64,000 nucleotides of DNA from Leucoraja erinacea (Eukaryota), in contig NC_073405.1 of NCBI RefSeq assembly GCF_028641065.1, positions 12,090,001 to 12,154,000 on the forward strand, in the 5' to 3' direction. The position numbers and the translations under genes are program-made. The notes beneath the pieces are model-generated. The model did no database searches and was not told where the DNA came from. It saw nothing but the letters and a program-made list of their open reading frames with translations. This document shows, in pieces, positions 1 to 12,525 of this stretch (position 1 is its first letter; each line of letters starts with the position of its first letter).

Positions 1-129
1 CTGTATCTCCGAACTAAAGTAAATATCTAGCAATCAAGCCACAGTGATGCAGCGACCTACTACAAGGGATGTCACAGACCAACCCTAGAGATGGAAAGGA
101 AAATGACAGTATGGAAAGATTCAACTACC

Positions 130-725
130 ACAGTCCACAACTGGAGGAACAACACCCCAATTTTCCGCTTGAGTAGCTTACATCCCAATGGTACGAACAT
201 TCAATTCCCCAATTTTAAGTAATATCCCCCTGTCCCCTCTTTCTGTCCTGTGCCCCCCTCTCTACCCAGTGCAAACCCACTTCTCCCACTGTTCCTCCCC
301 TCTGTCTCTCCTCTACCCGCACCCCGTCCCCTTCTTCCTATACCCCTCCCTCTGACTTTACATTTCACTCATCTTCTCACCAAATCTGGATCCCTTTTAT
401 CTCCTTTTATCTACCCCACCCCCCACTCACCTGTATCCACCTATCACTTGCCAGGCTTTGTCTCACCCCACTCTTATTTTTTACAGCTTTCTCCACCCCC
501 TCCTCCTGCAACTAGTCTGAAGCACTGAAGAAGGATTCAAGAGATTCAAACGTGTTTTTTATGCCCAAATATAAAATATGTTTTATATTTCATATGTCCA
601 GAAATAGAACAACAAAATTCTTTCATGCAGCAGCACAACAGATATGTAAACTCGTACTCAGTATCCTGACCCGAAACAACATCTGTCCAACCCCCCTACA
701 GATGTAGCCTGACCCACGCTTTGTG
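130..725 (+). mobile_element. Penelope-like element 3' fragment (GIY-YIG C-terminal remnant, pyrimidine-rich 3' UTR, split terminal repeat)
   Basis: 140-220 reads roughly LEEQH..LSSLHPNGTNIQFPNFK, matching the better copy at 5976. A C/T-rich tract follows, then agtctgaag...cctgacccgaaac, interrupted at ~535-660 by an antisense LINE tail. Confidence 0.7.
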
Positions 726-867
726 TTTCACCACCAAGTGTGCTGTGCCATACAACGTGGCCCTTCGGCCCAACTGGCCCATGCTGACCAACGTGCTCCA
801 TTTACACTAGGTCCCACCAGCCCGTACTTGGGCCTCATTCCTCTAAACCGATCCTATCTATGTATCT

Positions 868-1075
868 GAGCAGGTCGGGCAGCATCTCTGGAGAAAAATG
901 TTTCGCGTCAAGACCCTTCTTTTGACATGAAACCTGACCCAAAACTTCTTCAGTCCCGACCCAAAATGCCACGCATACTTTTTTCTACCGAGATGCTGCC
1001 TGACCCGCTGAATTACCCCAGCATTTTGCTTCTCTCTTTGATATAATCCAGCATCTGCAGTTCCTTGTTTCTACC
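868..1075. mobile_element. Palindromic pair of PLE terminal repeats
   Basis: caggtcgggcagcatctctggag...gacccttc is followed by its reverse complement gacccaaaatg...gatgctgcctgacccgctg...ccagcatctgcagttcc. Confidence 0.7.
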
Positions 1076-2662
1076 ATCCATGTACCTGCTCTCCACCACT
1101 CACTCCCGGCTGGTAGACGTGCGTGCTGAGAGCATTCACTTCGTGTACACACAATACACAATTTTCCAAAATCTGATTTGAGTTGCAATACTGTGCTACC
1201 TTTTACACTCGTACAATTTAAGAACCGAGAAAGGGAGAATATGCAGAGAGCGAATGCCGTGAATACTTAGCATAGGTGATTTTTGTTTTGTGAACAGAGA
1301 CGTGATTCAAACAATGCACAAGTTTAATAACACCAAATGTACAATAAAATGAGGCCAAGACACACACGCACACAACACAATCTCATTTTACATCAAATCA
1401 CATGCCCGTCTCATGTCATGACAGAACAACATGTCAACGCCGATATTCATCACATTCAAAGCTGCCTTTGAACGGAGTCATTCTTGACCCTGGGGCTGCC
1501 AGTAATGTCAGTGGACATGGAAAAAAAAACCTTGTTATCTGTTTGTGCAAACACGCTGCTGGAAAGCTCTGGCATTCCGAGTCCGCCGCATATTTTGCTG
1601 GATTACAGCAAAAAAACCCTGGTAAGATGAAGCGTTTATTCGGCTGCTTTTGCGCTCCTAATGAAGTTTGACTTTGACAGGGCTGGACGAGGGGATCTGA
1701 GCATCTGTCAGGACAGCTTTCTCTCACTTACATTTAATGAGACATGGCACGGTGCCAACCCGGAAGCCAGAGCAAACCCATTTGAACACACTGCCTCTGC
1801 CAAAACCGTACAAGATTAAACACGGTTTCTTGAAGAAATAAGGTCATATTAGGTGCATCACAGGCAAACATTCAGTCGATGTTTTTATTCATGAAAATAA
1901 GGGGCCTCCTTAACAACACTTTCTGTTACCTGAGTGGCATAAAATGTTCGCTTTGTCCACAGCTTTAATCTAAATTGCGATTTAACGAGACTGAGATGCA
2001 CCACACAAACCCGATATCTTGGTTAAAGGGACTGTGACTCTTTCACCCCCTTTGAAGATCCTCTCTGAAACAACCAACCTACTGATCGAAGAATTTGAAA
2101 CTTAGGCCCCAACAACTGGATGGTAACAGGCACAAAATGCTGGAGTAACTCAGCGGGACAGGCAGTATCACTGGAGAGAAGGAAGGGGGTGACCTTTCGG
2201 GTCGAGACCCTTCAACGTTGACTTCAAATTCATCTAGTAGAGCCGCTGCCTCACAGCATCAGAGACCCGGGTTCGAACCTGACCTCGCGTGTTGTCTATG
2301 TGGAGTTTACACGTTCTCCATGTGACCACTCCGACCGAGGCAACCCCCCTTACCTGCATCCACCTATCACTTATCAGACTTTGTCTGCCCCCACTTCCCT
2401 TCATCACTTTAAAAATATTAAAAGAGTCCTGACCCAAAACGTTGCCTATCCACTTCCCTCCGCAGATGCTGCCTGACCCGCTGAGTACCTCCAGCAAAAG
2501 CAAACTCACATGAAATGGCCAATTTATGCTCGTTTTAAATGCCTAACTTTTTCTAAGATCAAGGATGAGTGATATTCATAACACTTTCCATCCTATGACA
2601 TTTCTACGGTAAAACTCACCACAGTTTGGACACAATTTGTCTAACTTCCATTATATTACAAA

Positions 2663-3323
2663 AAGACACAAAGTGCTAGAGTATCTCAGAAGGCCAGGCA
2701 GCATCCCCGGGGAACATGGATAGGTGATGCTTCGGGTTGGGACCCTTCTTCAGTCTGATTGTGGTGCGGGGAGGGGGAGAAAGCTACAAGAAAGGAGGGG
2801 CAGGACAAAGCCTGGTGAGTGATAGGTGGATATAGGAGGGGGGGGGTTGGTAGACAAATGACTGGACAATGGCCACAGAAGAAAAGACAAAAAGTGTGAG
2901 AGAGAGAAATAAGGGAAAGAGGCTTGAAATGTGAAGTCTGGAGAGGAAATATAGGAGGAATGGGATGGGAGGCGGGAAAGGGAGAAATGGGTGCACATCC
3001 AAGTGGGGCACAGGAAAGAGAGCCTCCCTCACCCCCCCCCCCCCCCCCCCCCCCCCCCCCACCCCCCAAACTTACTACAATCTGAAGAAAGGGTTCCGAC
3101 CCAAACCATTGCCTATCCATGTGTAGGAAGGAACTGCAGATGCTGTTTGTGTCTATACCAAAGATAGACACAAAGTGCTGGAGTAACTCAGTGGAACAGG
3201 CAGCATCTCTGGATAGCAGGAATGGGTGACGTTTCAGGTCGAGACCCTTCTTCACCTGAAACAAGACCCATTCCTTCTAACCACAGAGGCTGCCTGTTCC
3301 GCGGACTTACTCCGGCACTTTGT
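2663..3323. mobile_element. Nested PLE 3' ends in both orientations with a poly-C tract
   Basis: An antisense terminus plus purine-rich UTR spans 2663-3020, with poly-C at ~3032-3067. A sense ctgaagaaagggttccgaccc follows, and a palindromic terminus begins at 3121. Confidence 0.7.
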
Positions 3324-3638
3324 TTCGTTTAGTTTAGAGCTACAGCGCGGGAAAAGGCCCTTCGGCCCACCGAGGCTGCACCGACCAGCGATCCCCACAC
3401 ATTGACACTACCCTAGGGACAATTTTCCTTTTTGTAAACCAAGACAAGTTAACCTACAAACCTGTAAGTCTTTGGAGTGTGGGAGGAAACCAAAGATCTC
3501 GGAGAAAACCCACGCAGGTCACGGGGAGAACGTACAAACTCCATACAGACAACACCCGTAGTCAGGATCGAACCTGGGGCTCTGACGCTGCAAGCGCTTG
3601 TGTCAGACAGCAAGTCTACCGCTGCGCCACCGTGCCGC
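3324..3638 (-). mobile_element. HE1-like tRNA-derived V-SINE, near full length
   Basis: On the minus strand: head gcggcacggtggcgcagcggtag (A box), ggttcgatcc (B box), central ctcccacactccaaagac, tail gggccgaagggcc...ctctaaactaaac. It is flanked by a gcactttgt duplication (3315-3323 / 3637-3645). Confidence 0.88.
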
Positions 3639-4979
3639 ACTTTGTGTCTATCTTCCATTGCCGTTACTCCCACATTTTGCCTTTTTTCTTATGAACCTGC
3701 ATCTCTAGCTCCGTGTGCCTTGCATGTATCAACCAGGAAACGGCTTGTGCAGTTGTGGCGACTCTTGCAAGCGGTTAGTCGCAGCTGCAGCTGATACCAC
3801 ACTTTAAAGTTTAAGGCAAATCGAATGTGAACATTTGCAAAACAATTGGGCCTTTTTCCCAATGCGAAAGAAAATAAGGAAAGCTCTCATGCTGCACTAA
3901 GTAAATATATAATTTGGAATATGACAATAATGGTCATAAAAAGATCACTTAAAAGTAAACGAATTGAATTAATCTTTGAAGCTCCCTAAATAAGAAAGAG
4001 TATGTTTGTTTCTCTCCTGCTCCATAAATAATTCACAGTAACCAAATTTCAAGCAAGCACAGTGTAGGTTTAGAACTCTGCAACCCCGCAGGAGCCCCCT
4101 TGATGTGACATATCCACAGCGAGTTATACAAAAATAATATTCCATTCAATAGCTCTTTGAAATATTCCAGTTGAGGGGTTCAGGAAGGGTGCCTTAAAAA
4201 GACCTATATGCCTGTTCAAGATGTACATTTACACTTTAAAGATTGCTTCTAAGTGCCGTACATGTATTTCGCAGAACAATCAACGTCAATTTTAATTCGG
4301 ACGACTCAATGGAAACGAGGCAGTTAAAATTGACCTACTCATTTTCCTTTGAATCCTGAGCAAAACGCAAAGGGCAGGAGGAACTAAGCGGGACCCTAAC
4401 GGGCAGCATCTGGGGAGGGACTGGACAGGCGATGTTTTGGGTCGGGACCCTTTATCAGACCTGAAAAAGCCGCCTGTCCATTTCCCTCCACAGATGCTGC
4501 CCGGCCCGCTGAGTTCCTCCAACACTTTGTGTTTTGCTCAAGATTCCAGCATCTGCAGTTCCTTCAGTCTTCCTCTGAATTCTCTTTTGTTCTCGGAGGT
4601 TCTGGTTAATGTTGATGTCTTAGTTGTCTCCCTCAGAACATGTACTTACTGGGCCCTAATAACCCAACTACGAGTATGGCTGCCATCTTAACCAAAGGTC
4701 CCTGCAGTAAAACCGTCAGGATTCCTTGCCAAGCCAAACTCTGGGGGACATGGACAGGCGACGGTGCAGGTCAGGACCATCCATCAGACGCCAGGGCTGG
4801 AAGAGGCCAGAAGTGACCTGATGAATTTTTGTTCTATCTTCTTAGGAGGTACGGAAGCTCAGAAAAGAAGACGTTAGCTCTCTCCCCAAACTCGATTGTT
4901 CTTGATTACAGCTAATTTGACATTTTACAATATTGTCGATGCAAAGAAACGTTAGTGTGCGTATTGTGATTAAATAGAC

Positions 4980-5307
4980 TGATTGAAAGATACAGCGTAG
5001 AAACAGGCCCTTCGGCCCACCACGTCCATGCCCACCAACACCGATCATCCATTCGCACAAGCCCGACAAAGAAACTTGACTTGACTTGATGTTATGCCAC
5101 TTTTGCAGCCACTAGGGGCAATTGACAGTGGGCCAATTAACCTACAAACCCACACGTCTTTGGGACGTAGGAGGAAACCGGAGCACCTGGAGGAAACTCA
5201 TGCTGTCACAGGGAGAACATGCAAACTCCACACAGTCAGCACACGAGGTCAGGATCGAACCCGGGTCTCTGGCTTTGTCAGGCAGCAGCTCTGCTAGCTC
5301 TACCACT
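4980..5307 (-). mobile_element. HE1-like V-SINE
   Basis: Same head, B box (ggatcgaacc on plus), core and tail. A short (cttga)n LINE-tail insert lies at ~5065-5090. Confidence 0.82.
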
Positions 5308-5975
5308 CTATATTCTTCTAGAATTTCATACTTGACCTTCAAGTACATTTACATGTTAACTCCTGCTGTTAGTTCACGACAAAGTCACTCCTTCTGGCAG
5401 CCCTTACACAGAGGCGACAAACCAGTTTTATGATATAAATAGTTTGCCTATTTTAGAAACATCTTCATGCATTTTAATCTCCGTAATTATCAGTAGCTCT
5501 GACAGACTAGTATCTGAGACAGTCAAAACCTCTTTGGTATGACAGATATTTTAATCAGTTTTTTTGGTTCATTGACTATAAGGCCAGGAAAAGGGAACAA
5601 TACAGGAGACCTGTGTGAGTATAAACACTGGGTGAAAGAAATGCTTACATTTAACGGAGACGTTGGGTGAGCTTTTTTTTTTCCACACAGGGAGTGGTGA
5701 CTGCCAGAAGTGGCGATGGAGGTATATACGATAGAGTTATGATATATTGATCAGAAACAGAGGAGTTAAGTTTAACTTGGCATCAGACATCGTGGGCCGA
5801 AGGGAGAGTCCCTGCGCTGTACTGTTCTGACGTCTGTGTCCAAAGCTCCAGTGAGACACATGTAGAATCTGCAGTGACCCCACGCAATTCCTGCAGGGCC
5901 AACTGGTGCTTGCGACGAAAGCACAAACTGCAATCCCAGTCATCTTCCTTTTTGCACAGTTCGCAATAACCAACC

Positions 5976-6340
5976 TGGTCTCCCGGTGGCTCAGCACTTC
6001 AACTCCCCCTCCCATTCCAAATCCAACCTTTCTGTCCCGGGCCTCCTCCATGGCCAGAGTGATTCCCACCGCAAATTGGAGGAGCAGCACTTCATATTTT
6101 GCTTGGGTAGTTTACACACCAGCGGTATGAACATTGACTTCTCCAATTTCAGGCAGTACTCGCTTTCTCCCTCCTTCCCTTCCCCTTCCCAGCTCTCCCA
6201 CAGCCTACTGTCTCCGCCTCTTCCTTTCTTCCCTCCCCCCCCTCGACATCAGTCTGAAGAAGGGTATCGACCTGAAACGTCGCCTATTCCTTCGCTCCAT
6301 AGATGCTGCCTCACACGCTGAGTTTCTCCAGCATTTTTGT
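5976..6340 (+). mobile_element. Penelope-like element 3' end: GIY-YIG endonuclease C-terminus plus terminal repeat with hammerhead motif
   Basis: Translates LPVAQHFNSPSHSKSNLSVPGLLHGQSDSHRKLEEQHFIFCLGSLHTSGMNIDFSNFR, the HF..H / E..I..L..G(M/L)N pattern of the PLE GIY-YIG C-terminus. A C-rich UTR and CTGAAGA-stem-GAAAC follow. Confidence 0.82.
6250..6285 (+). ncRNA. Minimal type I hammerhead ribozyme motif (PLE-associated)
   Basis: CTGAAGA (6254-6260), helix II GGGT-ATCG-ACCT, GAAAC-GTC (6274-6281). Helix I is only weakly paired, so activity is unproven. Confidence 0.6.
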
Positions 6341-6619
6341 TTCCCTTTTTGCACAAATACTTTACATGCTTTGTGCATTGCAGGCGCTATTAAAAGAATG
6401 CTTACAAGAGGTGGAAGTGTCTCAAACAAGGGGACAGACACACGAGTTGAGAGGTAGATAGTAAAATAGGGATCAGAAGGGGGGATAATATTTCTGCCTT
6501 TAGAACATAGAACATCCAACAGTACAGCACAGGAAGAGGCCCTTCAACCCACAATGTATGTGCCGAACATGGGGCCAAGACCATCTCTTATTAACCTGTA
6601 CATATTACATATCCCTTCT

Positions 6620-6840
6620 TTTCTCCCCCAAGGTGGAAATGTCAAAGAATAGAGAGCACAGCTTTAAGATGAGAGGGGCCAAGTTTAAAGGAGATGTGTG
6701 GGGCAATTTTGTTTTTACACAGGGACTAGTGGGTGCCTGGACCACACTGATAGGGGTGGTGGAGGTGGAGGCAGGTATGATAGTGGCATTTAAGAGGCTT
6801 TTAGATAGGCACATGGATATGGAGGGAATGGATGGATAGG
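6620..6840 (+). mobile_element. CR1/HER1-like LINE 3' fragment
   Basis: Reads FSPKVEMSKNREHSFKMRGAKFKGDVWGNFVFTQGLVGAW...FKRLLDRHM, a typical CR1 ORF2 C-terminus. Confidence 0.85.
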
Positions 6841-7174
6841 GATGTATCCCTCTGTCATATCTGGCTCATCGTCACCCCTGGCTGTGCTCCAGGCACTCAC
6901 CCCCCTTGGCCGTCCAAGCTCAGAGAATGTCCACTTGAAGGAAGTACCAGAGGTTTCCTGTGGAGTCACGTGTAGAAACTGGCTCCAGGAGACAATAGTG
7001 GGGATTTTGGAGAGGAATCATTTTCAAGTAGGAACTTCCTGCACTGAGATTCCTTTGATGCCACAAACCATGTGATTTACCCAGATCACACAAGGGACAG
7101 TGTTTACAGTTTACCCCAGATGTTGTTCTGTTTTATGTTTTTCACATTGGGTCTTTTGGTTTGAGACCCAAGAG

Positions 7175-7555
7175 AGATACAAAGTGCTGGAGTAACTCAG
7201 TGGGTCAGGCAGCATCCTCTGGAGATAAAAGATAGGTGATGATTTGGTTTATGACCCTTCTTCAATTTGAAAGTAGGGATTAGTGGGGGTTGAAGAGCTG
7301 GAGTCAAGAAAAGGCCAGGACCAATCTTGGACGGCAACAAATGACCTCAGGCAGGGTGCTGCCTTGGTAGGTCCATTATTGGCTTGGGAAGGTGTGATCT
7401 CAAGAGGGATACAATGTGGTGAGCTGTGGAACTGGTTGAATGATTAGGGTAGGGGAAGAGCGCACAGAGGGGAGAGGAGTGTTAGTAGAATTTACTTAAA
7501 ATTAACTAATTCAACGTTTAAACCACTGGGTTATAAACCTACCCAAGCGAAATAG
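7175..7555 (-). mobile_element. PLE 3' fragment
   Basis: An antisense terminal repeat at 7175-7265 and a GIY-YIG end remnant (tttcgcttgggtagg...cccagtggtttaaacgttgaa) at 7500-7555. Confidence 0.65.
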
Positions 7556-7989
7556 AGTCCAATAGATCTATTTCCATCACAGTCTGGATTGTTAATAATC
7601 CAAAAATAACAAGACAGCAACCTAAAGGAACACATTTACTGATGTGTTGAAGTAAACATTAAGAACAAGAGAAGAAGTTGCAAACAACAACTCTAGTGGG
7701 ATTTCAAGACATTGGGAGTATCTGCATGACTGGATTTATTTTGTGCTCCTGCTGCTGTTAAGATAAAGGCAGAAAAAAAATCTATGCATGAAAACAAAAA
7801 GGGTATTGTTTCATTATACAAAAGAAAAAAATATTGCAAGTGATCATCTGCTACAGGAAGACATAAAGCAGAGGATACAAAGCTGCAAGCTACACAACGG
7901 CTTGTTTCCATGCTGTACATCTGAACTAAACTAAACTAAGCATCAGATATGTAGCAAAATAAATTAATTCCATTACAGAACAGACAATT

Positions 7990-8355
7990 CACGGGGGGGA
8001 TAGATACGGTGAATGCACAGAGACTTTTCCCCAAAGTAGAGGAATCAAGAACCAGAGGACATTGTTCTAAGGTGAGAAGCGAAACATTTAATAGGAACCC
8101 GAGGGGGAACTTTATCCCTCAGATGATGTATGGTGAACTGTGGAACTGGTGGAACGAGCTGCCAGTCGAGAGTAGATAGTTGAGACAGGTACCACAACAG
8201 CACTTAAAAGACATTTGCATGGGTACATGTATAGTACAGGTTTAGAGGGATATGGGCCAAACGCTAGTAAATGGGACTAGCCTAGATGGGGCATTGTGGT
8301 CAACATGGATGAGTTGGGCCAAAGGGCCTGTTTCCATGCTGTATGGCTATGATTC
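7990..8355 (+). mobile_element. CR1-like LINE 3' end
   Basis: Decayed ORF2 end followed by the tail gggccaaagggcctgtttccatgctgtatggctatgattctat. Confidence 0.82.
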
Positions 8356-8735
8356 TATAACAAAGATTTTCACTATCACATGATAACACGGGTCTAACAG
8401 AAACCTCAGATAAAAGAAAAGCTGAAAGATGATGATTAATGTACACCCTGGTACCAAGCTGACAGTAGGAATAACATTTAAGAGCATGTGGGCATTCAAA
8501 GACGACCATGAGATTGGATAACCATTGAATTGAAAGTAATAGAATCATAAATTGTGTGAGGAACTGTGGTGGCAGATGTGTGGAATAATAGGAAAACAGT
8601 TCACACTGTAGACTGGGAATAGATACAAGCCATGCATGTTAAAGACACAAGAGACTGCAGATGCTGGAATCGGGAGCAAAAACAAACTGCTGGAGGAACT
8701 CACTTACTGTTCCCATTTGCCCAACCCACCTCAGT

Positions 8736-9035
8736 TATTTAGTTTAGTTTAGTTTAGGTATGCAGCACGGAAACAGGCCCTTCGGCCCACCGGGTCCACG
8801 CCGACCAGTGATCCCCGCATATTAACACTATCATACACACACCCTCTACCAAGCCAATTTACCCACAAACCAGTACGTCTTCGGAGTGTGGGAGGAAAAC
8901 CGTAGATCTCGGAGACAACCCACGCAGTCACGGGGGGAACGTACAGACAGCACCCGTAGTCGGGATCGAACCCGGTTCCCCGGCGCTGCAAGCACTGTAA
9001 GGCAACAACTCTGCAGCTGTGCCACCATGCCGCCC
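8736..9035 (-). mobile_element. HE1-like V-SINE
   Basis: (tttag)n tail, gaaacaggcccttcggccc, core, B box ggatcgaacc, head ending gccaccatgccgccc. Confidence 0.88.
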
Positions 9036-9894
9036 ATTTGCTCCCCTTTTGTTATCAGGCTTCTGAACGGTCCTTCCATTAGACAGGGCACTGTCCGAGT
9101 CACCGCTGCCTCATGACGGACATTGGACTTTGTCTCTGGAATCGATGCGCTACAATGCTGAGAACTATATTCCGCACTCTGTACCCTCCCCTTTGCACTA
9201 CCAATTGTACTCGAGTTTGACATGATTGTATTTATGTATAGTAAATACCTGATAGCATGAAAAGCTTTTCACTGTTCGTTGGTACACGCATCAATGGGAA
9301 ACCAAAACCTAAACCTAAACATGCAGGCAGAGGAGATTAGTTTAACTTGGCATCATGTTCAGCACAGACATTGTGGGCTGAAGGGCCTGTTCCTGTGCTG
9401 GACTGTTCTGCGTTAACTCCCTCATGTGTAGTCCAACTTTCTTATGCACGAGTGTTAACACTGGATGGTAAAGAGTTACAGTGCATGGAGCCGCCATCTC
9501 ACGTACTCCACGACATTACTATTGAGTGAGTGCAAGGAAGTTTTGCCACAGCAGACCTCTCCACTTAGCTTTGTATTGTAGCTACATTACTCGCAGTCCT
9601 CTCGACTAAATCATTGATATAGATTATAATCAGATGACGCCAGGCACTAATACTCCTGGCACCTCACAATTTACAAACTGCCAGCAGAATGACCACAAAA
9701 AATGCCTTCTGTCTGTGCTAGTAGGATACACTGTGCGTAAAGAAAACTCTTAATCCTTTCTAAGGAAAGCAGAATTAATTAACTTTATTCCTGAACAAAA
9801 CATTTCACTGTAAATTATATGGGGAATACAAACTAAAGTAAAATCACAGTGAACATGTCTCTCATTTCTCTCCTCTTTTAAGCTCTGATGCCTA

Positions 9895-10370
9895 TTGGTA
9901 TCTGACTGGATGCATCACGGCCTGGTTCAGTAACTCGGACGCTCAGGAACGAAGGAGATTATAGAGAGCGGGAGGCCACAGCCACAGCACTGACCTCCCC
10001 CACCAGAGAATGGAATCACAGCAGGCGCTGCCTTGAAAATAAAGCTAATATCACCAAAGACCCACACCACCCTGGCCACACTCATCCCACCCCTACCCAT
10101 GCGAAGAAGGTACAGGAGTCTGGAAACCATGACCACCAAGTTCAAGAACAGCATCTTCCCAACAACCACCTGTTAAATGCTGCACAACACCAACTGTTAC
10201 CTCAACAACTATGATCTTCTACAGACTGTGTTTTTGGTTGCAATAAGGACTTCAGTTTTGCACTATTATTGTTACCTTATATTACTGTTATTCACTTATT
10301 GTACTATTAAGTATTATACATTTATTTGTATGCTATTGTGTTGTTGGGCTGGTAAAACTGCAACAATAAG
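9895..10370 (+). mobile_element. Rex1/Babar-type LINE 3' fragment
   Basis: Decayed GCITAWFSNS...KDPHHPGH...RRYRSLETMTTKFKNSIFPT motifs followed by a T-rich 3' UTR. Confidence 0.72.
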
Positions 10371-10374
10371 AATG

Positions 10375-10935
10375 AAAACACAAAGTGCTGGAGTAACTCA
10401 GCGGTCAGGCAGCATCTCTAGAGAACATGGATAAGGTGATGTTTTGGGTCGGGACCCATCTTCGGACTGATTAGGGGAGAGAAAGAAAGTTGGAAGAGAG
10501 GAGGGGCAGGACAGAGTCTGGCAGCAAGGAGGTGGATGCAGGTGAGGGGTTGAGGGTAGGGGTGGGGGGGGGGGGGGGAGGGTTGGGGGGGGGGGGGCTT
10601 GGGACTTGATGGGCACATGGTTGGACTCAGATGAAAAGACAGGAGGTCTGAAGTCAAGACAGCAGCTTTCATCTCTTGCCTTTGTCCAACCATCTCTTGT
10701 CTTTGTCCAATCCCCACCCTCCCCTCATCTGTATCCAACAGTTACCTGCCAGGCATTGACACTGCCCTGCCCCTCCTCTCCTCCCCACCCCCACGTACAA
10801 TCAGTCTGAAGAAGAGCCCCGACACAAAATGTCACCTATCCATGTTCACCAGGGATGCTGCTTGACCCGTTGAGTTCATCCAGCACTTGTGTCCTTTTTT
10901 TGTAAACCAGCATCTTCCAGTTCCGTGTTTCTACA
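10375..10935. mobile_element. Inverted pair of PLE 3' ends
   Basis: An antisense terminus plus G-rich UTR (10375-10660) faces a sense UTR plus terminus (10665-10935). Confidence 0.7.
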
Positions 10936-12283
10936 TGTTGCGGCATGTTGCAGGAAGTAAGACTTATCCCGTGACGATTTAAACGTTCGTGACTCTTGCT
11001 CTTTGAGGCACGAAGGAACCTTGAAATTGTCGTCAATGACTACAGCTCAGCAAACAGGCAGCTGGACTTTCCAGAGTTTTCTTTCACTTCACCCCCATAT
11101 CAAAATTAAATCAGCAGCAACCGAACTTATTAAAAATTGCTGTCATAAATGTCTGGACTTTGAAAGATCAAAAGCTGCTGGGATGTGGTTTGGCAATCAA
11201 TGCTTAACTGGAACAGACACCAGGCAGAATGAAAAATGGATTGAAATGCGAAGGAGATGTGCAAGGTTAGAATGTTTCCCTTCAGCAAACTTTCCCGGTG
11301 TTTCAGTTTCTGATAAAATCGTCTGAAGTGAAAAACTTACAACTTAGTTTACTCTGATCTATGTACGAGGTCCCAATCATCAACGCTAACTCCATTACTA
11401 AAAATAATGAATTAAATTTTCTCCTATCTCCAGCTGTGTGGACCTCCGTCAAAAACAAGACAGTGTGAGGAACACGTTTCTTTCTGCTGTTAAACCATGG
11501 AACAGTACAGCACAGACACAGACACTATCGCGCACATTGACTGTGTCGAACAGGTCTGAAGAAGGGTCCCGACCCGAAAGGTCACCTATCAATGTTCTCC
11601 AGAGATGCTTCCTGACCCACTGAGCTTCTCCAGCACCCTGGGTCCTTTAGTGTAAGCCAGCAACTGCAGTTCCTTATTTCTACTTAATCCCAAGACCATC
11701 TCCTATCTACCTGCACATAATCCACATCACTCCATTCTCTGCAGAGCCATGTGCCTATATGAAAGTCTCTTAAATGCTACGATCGTATCTCCTTCCACCA
11801 TTACCCCAGGCACGTTCCATGAACACACGGCCTTCTGTATGAAAAACTTGGCCCGCACATCTGATATAAACTTTGACCGTGTCACCCTAATGTTACACCT
11901 TCCTGGGAAAAAGGTTGTGGTTGTCTGCCCTATTTATGCCTCTCAAAATGTTATATATTTCTATCAGGTCTCCCCTCAACCTCTGGCAAACTGGAACTGT
12001 TCACTCTGCTTTAGCATGACAGTAATACAAGTGATCCTTCTCCAAGTGTGAAGAAGGGTTCAGACCCAACATGTCACCTGTCCATTCCTTTCACAGATGC
12101 TGCCTGATCCACTGAGTTCCTCCAGAACTTTGTGTTTTGTTCAAGCGCCCATCATCTGCAGTTCCTTGTGTCTCCAGGCGAACCTTAGCCCACTCTTAAG
12201 GAGAACGGACTGGAAGAGCTTATTTTGTCTTGAAATCCACTGGGCATAGTAACCTAATGGAGTCGCGAGGAACTGCAGATGCT

Positions 12284-12525
12284 GGCAACACAGCGGTACA
12301 GCGGCAAAGTTGCTGCCTTACAGCCCTGGAGACCCGAGGGTTGATCCTGACTACGTATGCTGCCAGTGTGGAGTTTGCATGTTCTCCCTGGGTTTCCACG
12401 TACAAAGACATGCAGGTTTGTCAGTTAATTGGCTACAGTATATTGTCCCTAGTGTAGGATATAAATATTGTCGGGGTGATCGCTGGTTGGCTCGGACTTG
12501 GTGGGATGAAGGGCGTGCTGTCTTG
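12284..12525 (+). mobile_element. HE1-like V-SINE (diverged, internally deleted)
   Basis: gcggtacagcggcaaagttgctgccttacag...ttgatcctgactac...ggtgggatgaagggc. Confidence 0.75.

Noticed and set aside
2686-3264. 192-aa ORF with poly-Gly
   Set aside because: Read-through of PLE repeats and a poly-C homopolymer.
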